Assembly: GCA_965203175.1 (NCBI GenBank)
Contig: OZ241867.1
Location: forward strand, 960,001 to 1,024,000
Direction: 5' to 3'
Length of the DNA stretch: 64,000 nucleotides
DNA from: Candidatus Latescibacterota bacterium
GTDB taxonomy: Bacteria; Latescibacterota; UBA2968; UBA8231
Shown here: piece after piece, positions 55,270-62,996 of the stretch
Numbering within the stretch: the first letter of the stretch is position 1
Layout of the letters: the number at the start of each line of letters is the position of its first letter
The notes under the pieces: model-generated
The model's input: the letters and a program-made list of their open reading frames with translations, nothing else
Database searches by the model: none
What the model was told of the DNA's origin: nothing
Made by a program: the position numbers and the translations under genes

Positions 55270-56841
55270 TCACGCGACCGAGCGGTGGGCTTCGACGATG
55301 AAATTGCCTGCGATATTGGTGCCGACGACCGTGGTGAAAAACAGGTAGCGCTGCAAGAATACATAGGCCACCAAGCCAGCGACGCTCAAAGTCGCCGCCG
55401 CGATCGAGACCGCACCAACGCCCAAGGTCAAGAGTCCTATCAGCGCCAACAGGGCCGCACCATTTTTGTACATCCGCAAGCGGGCGAAGTGATCGCGGTA
55501 GAGTTCGGCGCTGGCCTGGAGTTCAAAGGTCTCGCTCTCCGCCAAGTAACAGACGAAGTCCGAGTGCAATTTCGCGTAGGCTAGCAGCGCCAGCGCCGAG
55601 ACCAACTCCGAGACCTGCACGCTCAATCCCGCTTCCCCACCCAATACCAGCGCCAGCCCCAGTACTGCCGGACCGACGATCCATGCCACGGCGAAAAAAT
55701 CGACTGTGGTCTTGCGGAAATTCCACGCCGGACGGGCCGGCACCCGATAGAGCCGGGCGCTGGCGTAAATGCCGGCGATGCCCGCCGTGACCGCTACTGC
55801 CCCCAACGACAGCCGGGCACCGATTCCACCCAAGGCTTCCGCACTCACCCACCCCAAACCTTCGGTCGCCAACAGGAACGCCGCATAGGCAAAGGCGACT
55901 TTGGCAAAAAGCGCTAGCGCCAGCACTTCGCGCGACAACCAGGAGGTGCGCCAGTTGCGAATCGCGCGGAAGGCAAAGGCTGGTCGCCCCAGATGCAAAG
56001 TCGATGCGGCGAGCGAAAGACCGATCAGCCCCATCAGCACGGCGGCCAGCGTGCCGAGCGCGGTACCGGCTAGCTGCACCGCACCGCTGAGCGAACGCAG
56101 CAAGTCCACCGCGTATATCGCCGCAAAGCCCCCCAAGCCGATCTGGGTCAGCACCGTCATAAAGATCAGCGGCGAATGCGGTTCCTCCGGCTCGACAAAG
56201 TCGCCGGTGACTGGGTGCAGACTGCTGGGATCGACGCCTTTGGGCAAGGTGATCTTCGTCGAAGGCATGGAGATTTCTGGCGCGGGCATTCCCGGGGCGG
56301 CACCAGCGTCCTCGTAGGTTGCGAACACCTCCTCAAGCGGCACAGTCTCAATCTCAATCGCTCCGGCCGGGCACGCCTGTGCGCAAGCGGGCTCGCGGCT
56401 TTCTTCGAGCCGATTGACGCACATGTCGCACTTGGAGACCACGCCGCGCTCGGGCTGGAAGCTCGGCACGCTATAAGGGCAGTTCCAAGTGCAGTACTGG
56501 CAGCCAATGCAGACATCAGCTTGGTGAATGACGATGCCGCGCTCGTCAATTTTGTAGGCATCAACCGGGCAGCCCTTGGCGCAGGGGGCATCTAAGCAGT
56601 GGTTGCAACCGCTAGAAAGGAAGAAGCGCAATGTGTCGGGATACTCGCCGCCCTCGACCTCGCCGACGCGCCGCCACTGGGTATCTACGGGCAGGCCATT
56701 CTGTTCACTACAGGCGACTTCGCAGGCGTGGCAGCCGACGCAGAGATCCATGTGGAAGTGGAAGCGCGTTTGGGTCGAGCGGTTGTCCGTGCGAAAACCG
56801 GGTAGGTCGGGCTTTTCTATTATATCCATTATCCATGGCAT
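55270..56841 (-). CDS. Fused DmsB-like 4x[4Fe-4S] protein and DmsC-like membrane anchor
   Basis: CVGCHACEVAC, CNHCLDAPC..GCP, CIGCQYCTWNCP, KCDMC..PACAQACP, then about eight TM helices with STLHLGRP and SWLSRE; start 56841 or 56829. Confidence 0.9.
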   Translation of the reverse strand: MPWIMDIIEKPDLPGFRTDNRSTQTRFHFHMDLCVGCHACEVACSEQNGLPVDTQWRRVGEVEGGEYPDTLRFFLSSGCNHCLDAPCAKGCPVDAYKIDERGIVIHQADVCIGCQYCTWNCPYSVPSFQPERGVVSKCDMCVNRLEESREPACAQACPAGAIEIETVPLEEVFATYEDAGAAPGMPAPEISMPSTKITLPKGVDPSSLHPVTGDFVEPEEPHSPLIFMTVLTQIGLGGFAAIYAVDLLRSLSGAVQLAGTALGTLAAVLMGLIGLSLAASTLHLGRPAFAFRAIRNWRTSWLSREVLALALFAKVAFAYAAFLLATEGLGWVSAEALGGIGARLSLGAVAVTAGIAGIYASARLYRVPARPAWNFRKTTVDFFAVAWIVGPAVLGLALVLGGEAGLSVQVSELVSALALLAYAKLHSDFVCYLAESETFELQASAELYRDHFARLRMYKNGAALLALIGLLTLGVGAVSIAAATLSVAGLVAYVFLQRYLFFTTVVGTNIAGNFIVEAHRSVA

Positions 56842-56876
56842 TCTGTTGGGACGCAAATGATTGAGCTACAGATTTT

Positions 56877-56894
56877 AAGCAAGAGTAGTGCCAA
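56877..56894 (-). promoter_or_regulatory. Sigma-54 promoter of the nitrate reductase/transport operon
   Basis: Minus strand TTGGCACTACTCTTGCTT = TGGCAC-N5-TTGC. Confidence 0.85.
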
Positions 56895-56925
56895 GAATGG
56901 AAAGAAAGACAGTGTGATTGTGTCT

Positions 56926-56938
56926 CAAGTCGTTGATA
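56926..56938 (-). promoter_or_regulatory. IHF-like site
   Basis: TATCAACGACTTG matches WATCAANNNNTTR. Confidence 0.6.
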
Positions 56939-57001
56939 AAAAATATACTTATATCATAAAAGATCTGTCTCTTGCAAAATGATTCGAACTCGTGAAATTA
57001 T

Positions 57002-57061
57002 CAAAAAAACTACAATATTTGTGTTTTTTGCCGTCAATAAAAAACATATTTGTGTTTTTTG
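57002..57061. promoter_or_regulatory. Tandem candidate enhancer (UAS) sites
   Basis: ATATTTGTGTTTTTTG at 57015-57030 and 57046-57061, 31-bp period, each within an A-tract/T-tract dyad. Confidence 0.6.
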
Positions 57062-57217
57062 GATCGCCGCACCATTACTTCTTTATCTGATCCGACCTCG
57101 ATTTTGTCGACACGGGGTTGGAGAACGCGCATTTGCGACATTTATGGACATTTTTGTCGATTTTCTGCAAAAATGTGCGCTATATCGCAGTGCCTTGCGA
57201 TTGAGTTAAATAATGCC

Positions 57218-57230
57218 TAAATAGTTGATA
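57218..57230 (-). promoter_or_regulatory. IHF-like site
   Basis: TATCAACTATTTA matches WATCAANNNNTTR. Confidence 0.6.
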
Positions 57231-57273
57231 AAATTATAAATACAGCAATTTATTGAACTCCTGTATCCGCAAG

Positions 57274-57291
57274 CTGGTCTGTGTTTTGCTT
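57274..57291 (+). promoter_or_regulatory. Sigma-54 promoter of nirBD
   Basis: CTGGTCTGTGTTTTGCTT, GG-N10-GC. Confidence 0.7.
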
Positions 57292-57326
57292 ATTGGACTT
57301 AAGCTAGTGTTTACAGGAGAAAACCG

Positions 57327-59849
57327 ATGATAGCACCAAGCGACAACAATCCGGATCGACCGCACTTAGTCGTCGTTGGCAATGGCATGGTGGGGCACCG
57401 CTTTTGCGAGGAAATGGTCGCGCGCGACGGCCAGCAGCAGTTTCGCATCCACGTCTTCTGCGAAGAGCCGCGCTTGGCCTACGACCGCGTCGGCCTCAGT
57501 AAATACTTCTCGGGCACCCCGGTCGCCGACCTAATGCTAGGTACTATTGAATGGTATCAAGAGCACGGGATTGAAACCCATATTGGCAGCCGGGCCACGG
57601 CCATACAGCGCGAGCAGGGCATCGTCACCTCCCAGCGCGGAGGGGCCATACAGTACGACCGCCTCGTACTGGCCACTGGGTCCGCCCCTTTCGTCCCACC
57701 CATCGACGGCGTCGCCAAAGAAGGCGTATTCGTCTATCGCACGATCGAAGATATAGAAGCCATTGCCGTCTACGGTCAAAAGGCACGGCGCGCGCTCGTG
57801 CTAGGCGGTGGGCTATTGGGCCTCGAAGCGGCCAAGGCCCTCGTCGATATGGGGCTGGAAACTACTGTCGTCGAATTCAACACCCGGCTGATGCCCCGCC
57901 AGATCGACGACGCGGCTTCATCGCTGCTGGTTGAGGAAATAGAGGCCCTCGGGGTCGAAGTCCTGCTCGGCAAAGGTGCGCAGCTCTTTCTCGGCGACGA
58001 CAAAGTCACAGCCGTCTCCTTTGGCGGGGAGGAGGAACGGGCCTTCGACATGGTCGTCATCTCCACCGGTATCCGCCCGCGCGACGAGCTGGCGCGCGAG
58101 TGTGGGTTAGCAACCGGCGAGCGCGGCGGCGTGGTCGTGGACGATACGCTCACCACCAGCGATCCACACATCCACGCCATTGGCGAAGTGGCCCTGCATC
58201 GCGGCATTACCTATGGCTTAGTGGCCCCGGGCTACGACATGGCCGCCATTCTCGCCGAGCGCCTCTGCGGGCCGGAAAACCCCGTCTTTACCTCGGGCGA
58301 CTTCTCGACCAAGCTCAAGCTCATGGGCGTCGATGTCGCCAATTTCGGCGACGCCTTCGGCCAAACGCCCGGCAGCCGGGTTATCTACTTCCACAGCGAT
58401 GTCGCCCGCGTGTACAAGCGGCTGACCGTTAGCGGGGAGCACCTGCTTGGCGGCATGCTGGTCGGCGACGCCTCGGAATACAACCACTTCTTGCAGATGG
58501 TCAAAAACAAGACCCCCTTGCCCGGCGATCCCCACGAACTACTGCTCGGCACATCCAGCGACAAGGCGGTCGGCTTCAATCCACAGAACCTGCCCGACGA
58601 CGCGCAGATCTGCTCGTGCAACAACGTCGCCAAGGGCACCCTCGTCCGCGCTGTAGCCGAAGGCTATACCCAACTCGGCGCACTCAAGGACGCCACGCGC
58701 GCCGGCACGGGCTGCGGCGGCTGCATACCCTTGGTAACCGACATCCTAAACGCCGAACTCACAGCCCAAGGCCTAGAAGTCAATACCCACCTCTGCGAAC
58801 ACTTCGCCTATTCGCGGCAGGAGCTGTTCCAGATTGTCAAAATCAACCGCATCAAGCGCTACGACGACTTGCTAGCCCGCTATGGCCAAGGACACGGGTG
58901 CGAGATCTGCAAACCCGCAATCGCCTCTATCTTAGCTAGCACTTGGAACGACCTCATCCTCGAACAGGAAGAACTGCAGGACACCAACGACCGCTTCCTC
59001 GCCAACATTCAGCGCGGCGGCACGTATTCGGTCATCCCCCGGGTGCCCGGCGGCGAGATTACGCCCGCCAAGCTGATCGCCCTCGGCCAAGTCGCGCAAA
59101 AGTACGACCTCTACTGCAAAATCACCGGCGGCCAGCGCGTCGATTTGCTCGGCGCACGAGTCGATCAGCTGCCCTTCATTTGGGAGGAGCTAATCGCCGC
59201 GGGCTTTGAGAGCGGGCACGCCTATGGCAAGGCCCTGCGCACGGTCAAAAGCTGCGTCGGCACCACTTGGTGCCGCTACGCCGTGCAGGACTCTACCGGC
59301 TTCGCCATCCGCATCGAAGAGCGCTACCGCGGCATCCGCGCTCCCCACAAAGTCAAGGCCGCCTGCTCGGGCTGCGTACGCGAGTGCGCCGAGGCCCAAG
59401 GCAAGGACTTTGGCTTAGTCGCCACTGAAAAAGGCTGGAATCTCTACGTTTGTGGCAACGGCGGTGCCAAACCTCAGCACGGGGTCCTGTTCGCCGCGGA
59501 TCTCGACGAGGAGACCTGTATCAAATACATCGATCGCTTCCTCATGTATTACATCCACACCGCTGACAAGCTGACCCGCACCGCCACTTGGTTCAATCAG
59601 CTAGAAGGCGGCATCGAATATCTGCGCCGCGTAATCATCGACGATCACCTCGGGATCTGCGCGCAGCTAGAGGAGGATATGGCCCACTTAGTGGCAACCT
59701 ATCAATGCGAGTGGAAGGCGGTCGTCGAAGACCCGGAGCGCCGCAAGCGCTTCCGCCACTTCGTCAACAGCGACGACGTGGACGACAATTTGCAGTGGAC
59801 ACACGAACGGGAGCAAAAGCGGCCCGTCAACTGGGAGATGGTAGTATGA
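57327..59849 (+). CDS. nirB: NAD(P)H-dependent nitrite reductase large subunit
   Basis: VVGNGMVG, GGGLLGLEAA, CSCN...CGGC, CEICKP, ANIQR.GTYS, KSCVG..WC, SGC.RECAEA. Confidence 0.97.
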   Translation: MIAPSDNNPDRPHLVVVGNGMVGHRFCEEMVARDGQQQFRIHVFCEEPRLAYDRVGLSKYFSGTPVADLMLGTIEWYQEHGIETHIGSRATAIQREQGIVTSQRGGAIQYDRLVLATGSAPFVPPIDGVAKEGVFVYRTIEDIEAIAVYGQKARRALVLGGGLLGLEAAKALVDMGLETTVVEFNTRLMPRQIDDAASSLLVEEIEALGVEVLLGKGAQLFLGDDKVTAVSFGGEEERAFDMVVISTGIRPRDELARECGLATGERGGVVVDDTLTTSDPHIHAIGEVALHRGITYGLVAPGYDMAAILAERLCGPENPVFTSGDFSTKLKLMGVDVANFGDAFGQTPGSRVIYFHSDVARVYKRLTVSGEHLLGGMLVGDASEYNHFLQMVKNKTPLPGDPHELLLGTSSDKAVGFNPQNLPDDAQICSCNNVAKGTLVRAVAEGYTQLGALKDATRAGTGCGGCIPLVTDILNAELTAQGLEVNTHLCEHFAYSRQELFQIVKINRIKRYDDLLARYGQGHGCEICKPAIASILASTWNDLILEQEELQDTNDRFLANIQRGGTYSVIPRVPGGEITPAKLIALGQVAQKYDLYCKITGGQRVDLLGARVDQLPFIWEELIAAGFESGHAYGKALRTVKSCVGTTWCRYAVQDSTGFAIRIEERYRGIRAPHKVKAACSGCVRECAEAQGKDFGLVATEKGWNLYVCGNGGAKPQHGVLFAADLDEETCIKYIDRFLMYYIHTADKLTRTATWFNQLEGGIEYLRRVIIDDHLGICAQLEEDMAHLVATYQCEWKAVVEDPERRKRFRHFVNSDDVDDNLQWTHEREQKRPVNWEMVV

Positions 59850-60205
59850 GCGAATCCATAGCAATAGAGCAGTGGGTGCGAGTCGCCCGAGTCGAGGACT
59901 TCCCCAGCAATGCTGGAGCCTGCGTCAAGCTGGGAGACGAGCAGATCGCAGTATTCAATTTTGCCTCGCACCGCGATTGGTACGCCTGCCAAAACATGTG
60001 CCCCCACAAGCGCGACATGGTCCTCTCTCGCGGCTTGATCGGCGATCGAGAAGGCACGCCCAAAGTCGCCTGCCCCCAACACAAGAAGACGTTCTCGCTG
60101 ATCGACGGAAGCAACCTCGGCGGCGAAGAGTACAGCATCAATATCTATCCAGTAAAGGTAGAACAGGGCTTCGTCTACATCGGCGCGGGCTCAACCAGCA
60201 ACTAA
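59846..60205 (+). CDS. nirD: Nitrite reductase small subunit (Rieske-like)
   Basis: QIAVF, NMCPHK...LSRGLIGD, VACPQHKK.F; ATGA overlap with nirB. Confidence 0.95.
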   Translation: MSESIAIEQWVRVARVEDFPSNAGACVKLGDEQIAVFNFASHRDWYACQNMCPHKRDMVLSRGLIGDREGTPKVACPQHKKTFSLIDGSNLGGEEYSINIYPVKVEQGFVYIGAGSTSN

Positions 60206-60220
60206 ACTGCGCTCCTTCGC

Positions 60221-60538
60221 TTAGCGTAGCAGCCGCTCGCTAAACAGCGTCCGCGCTAGAGCGCGCACATCCCGCTCACCAGCCAAATGAGTCTGCCCCA
60301 CCGACACCAACACCACCTCGACCTCCCCAAGCCCCACCCGATAGACGATGCGGAACCACCCTCCCGGCGGGCGCAGACAGCGATAGTCCTTTAGCTCGCC
60401 GACCAAGGGCCAGCCCTGTTCTTCAGGATCGATTGCCAACCCTGTGATGTATTGGTCCACTTGCTCGGCGATCCGCCGGTTGAGCAGGCCTTGCCGCGCC
60501 TCTAAAGCGCGCGGCGCCAAGACGACGCGCAACGTCAT
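60221..60538 (-). CDS. RelE/ParE-family toxin, possibly degenerate
   Basis: DPEEQG.PL.GEL..YR.LR....FRIVYRV; ATGA-coupled to antitoxin. Confidence 0.75.
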   Translation of the reverse strand: MTLRVVLAPRALEARQGLLNRRIAEQVDQYITGLAIDPEEQGWPLVGELKDYRCLRPPGGWFRIVYRVGLGEVEVVLVSVGQTHLAGERDVRALARTLFSERLLR

Positions 60539-60792
60539 TGCCCCTCCCAAACAGCGCGCTCGCCCGCCTCAATCTGGCGGATGCCTTCGCGCAGCGCAGC
60601 GCACTCGGCCTCGTCGCCGAGCACCTCTAACGTTTCGACAATACCCTGGTAAAGCGACCACGGCATCAGCGCGAGCACCGGCTGGCCGCGGCGCGTTACG
60701 GCGAAGGCACTTGCTTCGGGTTCGGCGGCGAAGCGATCGGGCAATTGATTCAGGACTTTGCGGGCTTCGGCGATGGGTATGGATTGGAGCAT
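60535..60792 (-). CDS. Phd/YefM-family antitoxin
   Basis: SIPIAEARK.L..L, VTRRGQPVLALM, Y..IVETLEVL; GAGG before ATG 60792. Confidence 0.9.
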   Translation of the reverse strand: MLQSIPIAEARKVLNQLPDRFAAEPEASAFAVTRRGQPVLALMPWSLYQGIVETLEVLGDEAECAALREGIRQIEAGERAVWEGQ

Positions 60793-60803
60793 ATTTTCCT
60801 CTT

Positions 60804-60835
60804 TTGTACCGTATATAGTACTAAATTGAGTACTT
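60804..60835. promoter_or_regulatory. Toxin-antitoxin operator array
   Basis: GTAC cores at 60806, 60818, 60830 (12-bp period) just upstream of the antitoxin start. Confidence 0.65.
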
Positions 60836-61137
60836 TTGGCGATGGTCTGGACGGCCCATAATTGTAGTATATTTCCATGAAATCGCGCGAGCGTGAAATT
60901 TGTCAATGGATAACCTATTAATAATACACTACTTTTGCGAATCCCGAAAAAGGCACGTACTTGTATGTACATCTAAAGGTGCAAAAAAACGTACTTTAAT
61001 GCAAAGCTAAAATTTCAATCAGACTCGACGAGATGTTAGCTGCGATATAATTGAATTAAGTGGCGGTGTGGACCGCTTTTTTGAGCGCGTTTACTTCCCC
61101 GTTGGCATTCCCTTTTCCCACACTTATATTTCCGCGC

Positions 61138-62001
61138 ATGTCCGACGGCGAATTCATCCGGCCCTTTCCCGCGCTCACCCCCGCCCAACGCTATCACCTC
61201 GAAGTCTATGGCTATGTGGTGATTGAAAACGCGATCGAGCAAGACTTGGCGGATCGCCTGCTAGAGGCTATGCTCCGGCTCAAACGCGACCTCCTGTCCA
61301 CCCCAGACCCAGCCAAAGCTAGCGTCCGCAACTGCCGTCTCTCCTCCTATCGGCCTCACTACCTGCACTTTGCCCACATCCTCGAAGCCGATCCCGCGAT
61401 TTTCGCATACCTAACTCATCCGCGCTTAGTCGGCATGGCCGAGGAGCTCGTCGGCGGCAGCGTGCGCCTCGAAGAATCAGAGGCCGTCGTCAACGAGCGA
61501 GATCCGGAGATCGACCTCGCTGCCGCGCCGCGCTACGGCTTCCACACCGGTACCACCCCAGACGTGGGCACGTACGTCGAAAACGGCCTCTACCACTGCA
61601 CCTTTGTCAAAACCCTGACTAACCTCACAGAGCTAGGCCCGGACGACGGCGGCACCGTGGTCATCGCCGGCAGCCACAAAGTCAAATGCGACCGCGAGAC
61701 CATCATCGCGGCGGCGTACGAAGACCCCGCGCTGATCCACCAAGTGGTCGCGCCCGCTGGGTCAACCCTGCTCTTTGGCGAGGCCCTGATTCACGCCACC
61801 GGCCAGATCCGCTCCGACCGCGAGCGCGTCATCGTCATCGGCGGCTATACCCCGCCGATGTTCCAAGCCTGGAACGGCCAAGAGCCGAGCGCTGAATTCA
61901 TCGCCCAAACGCCCGAACCTCTCAAGCCGCTCATTGCCGGCAGCGACAAGTGGCACTGGCAGCAGCGCCGTCGCCGCCTCGACATGCCGGTCGCCCCGTG
62001 A
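61138..62001 (+). CDS. PhyH-family Fe(II)/2OG enzyme with HxG in place of HxD
   Basis: GYVVIENAI, GFHTG, DDGGTVVIAGSHK, AGSTLLFGEALIHATG. Confidence 0.88.
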   Translation: MSDGEFIRPFPALTPAQRYHLEVYGYVVIENAIEQDLADRLLEAMLRLKRDLLSTPDPAKASVRNCRLSSYRPHYLHFAHILEADPAIFAYLTHPRLVGMAEELVGGSVRLEESEAVVNERDPEIDLAAAPRYGFHTGTTPDVGTYVENGLYHCTFVKTLTNLTELGPDDGGTVVIAGSHKVKCDRETIIAAAYEDPALIHQVVAPAGSTLLFGEALIHATGQIRSDRERVIVIGGYTPPMFQAWNGQEPSAEFIAQTPEPLKPLIAGSDKWHWQQRRRRLDMPVAP

Positions 62002-62996
62002 TCCAACTCGCGCACCCATACTTATTGTTCCTCGGCGACGCCGCCGACCAGCTAGCCGCCAAAACGGCCGTTGGCGTCGCCCAGTGGCGGCCCGAACACT
62101 GCATTGGTCAGCTCCGCCTTCCCGACTGCCACGCCGACCTCGGACTGCCCGACCAAACCCTCGCCGAAGCCCGCGCCGCTGGTGCCCGCACCCTCATCAT
62201 TGGCGTCGCCAATCGCGGCGGCACCATCTCCGACCTCTGGCGCGAGACCTTCCTGCAGGCCATCGACCTCGGCTACGATCTCGCCAGTGGCCTGCACACG
62301 CGCCTTGGCACCATCCCCGGCTTGGCCGACCGCGCCCGCGCAAAGGGCACTCGCCTCGTAGATGCGCGCTTTTCCGACCGCGCTTTTCCCATTGCAACCG
62401 GCGTCAAACGCCCGGGCAAACGCCTGCTCACCGTCGGCACCGACTGCTCGGTCGGCAAGATGTTCACCGCGCTGGCCATTGAGCGCGAGATGCAGGCGCG
62501 AGGCATGGCCTGCACCTTCCGCGCCACCGGCCAAACCGGCATCTTCATCGCTGGGACCGGTGTTGCCGTTGACGCCGTAGTCTCCGACTTCCTCGCTGGC
62601 TCCGTCGAGGTCCTGACCCCGGCCAACCACCCCGAACACTGGGACCTAGTCGAAGGCCAAGGTTCGCTGTTCCACGCCTCCTACGCCGGCGTGTCGCTGG
62701 GCCTCATGCACGGTGCCCAACCCGACGCGCTCGTCCTCTGCCACGATCCCAACCGGCCCCACATGCGCGGCCTACCCGAATACCAACTGCCCGATCTGCT
62801 CGACTGCATTCGCCTCAACGAGCAGTGCGGCCGGCTCACCAACCCGGCCTGCCGCACCGTTGGCATTGCAGTCAACACCTCGCACTTGCCGGAAGACCGC
62901 GCCGCCGAACTGCTCGAAACCATTGAACGCCAAGCCGGCCTGCCCGCAGTCGATCCGCTGCGCCAAGGGGCCGCGCGCTTGGTCGATGCCCTGTGA
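61998..62996 (+). CDS. dgcN: DUF1611-family protein, DgcN-like N-acetyltransferase
   Basis: YLLFLGDA, AKTA.GV..WRPE, GVANRGG, SGLH, VGTDCSVGKMFTAL, ATGQTGI, EGQGSLFH; GTGA overlap. Confidence 0.88.
   Translation: MIQLAHPYLLFLGDAADQLAAKTAVGVAQWRPEHCIGQLRLPDCHADLGLPDQTLAEARAAGARTLIIGVANRGGTISDLWRETFLQAIDLGYDLASGLHTRLGTIPGLADRARAKGTRLVDARFSDRAFPIATGVKRPGKRLLTVGTDCSVGKMFTALAIEREMQARGMACTFRATGQTGIFIAGTGVAVDAVVSDFLAGSVEVLTPANHPEHWDLVEGQGSLFHASYAGVSLGLMHGAQPDALVLCHDPNRPHMRGLPEYQLPDLLDCIRLNEQCGRLTNPACRTVGIAVNTSHLPEDRAAELLETIERQAGLPAVDPLRQGAARLVDAL

Noticed and set aside
56979-57209. 76-aa ORF in the nitrate intergenic region
   Set aside because: AT-rich, atypical codons, and coincides with the predicted enhancer sites.
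47658-60972. Nitrate cluster as a bounded genomic island
   Set aside because: Only a TA pair hints at mobility; no integrase, transposase or terminal repeats, and codon style resembles the rest of the window.
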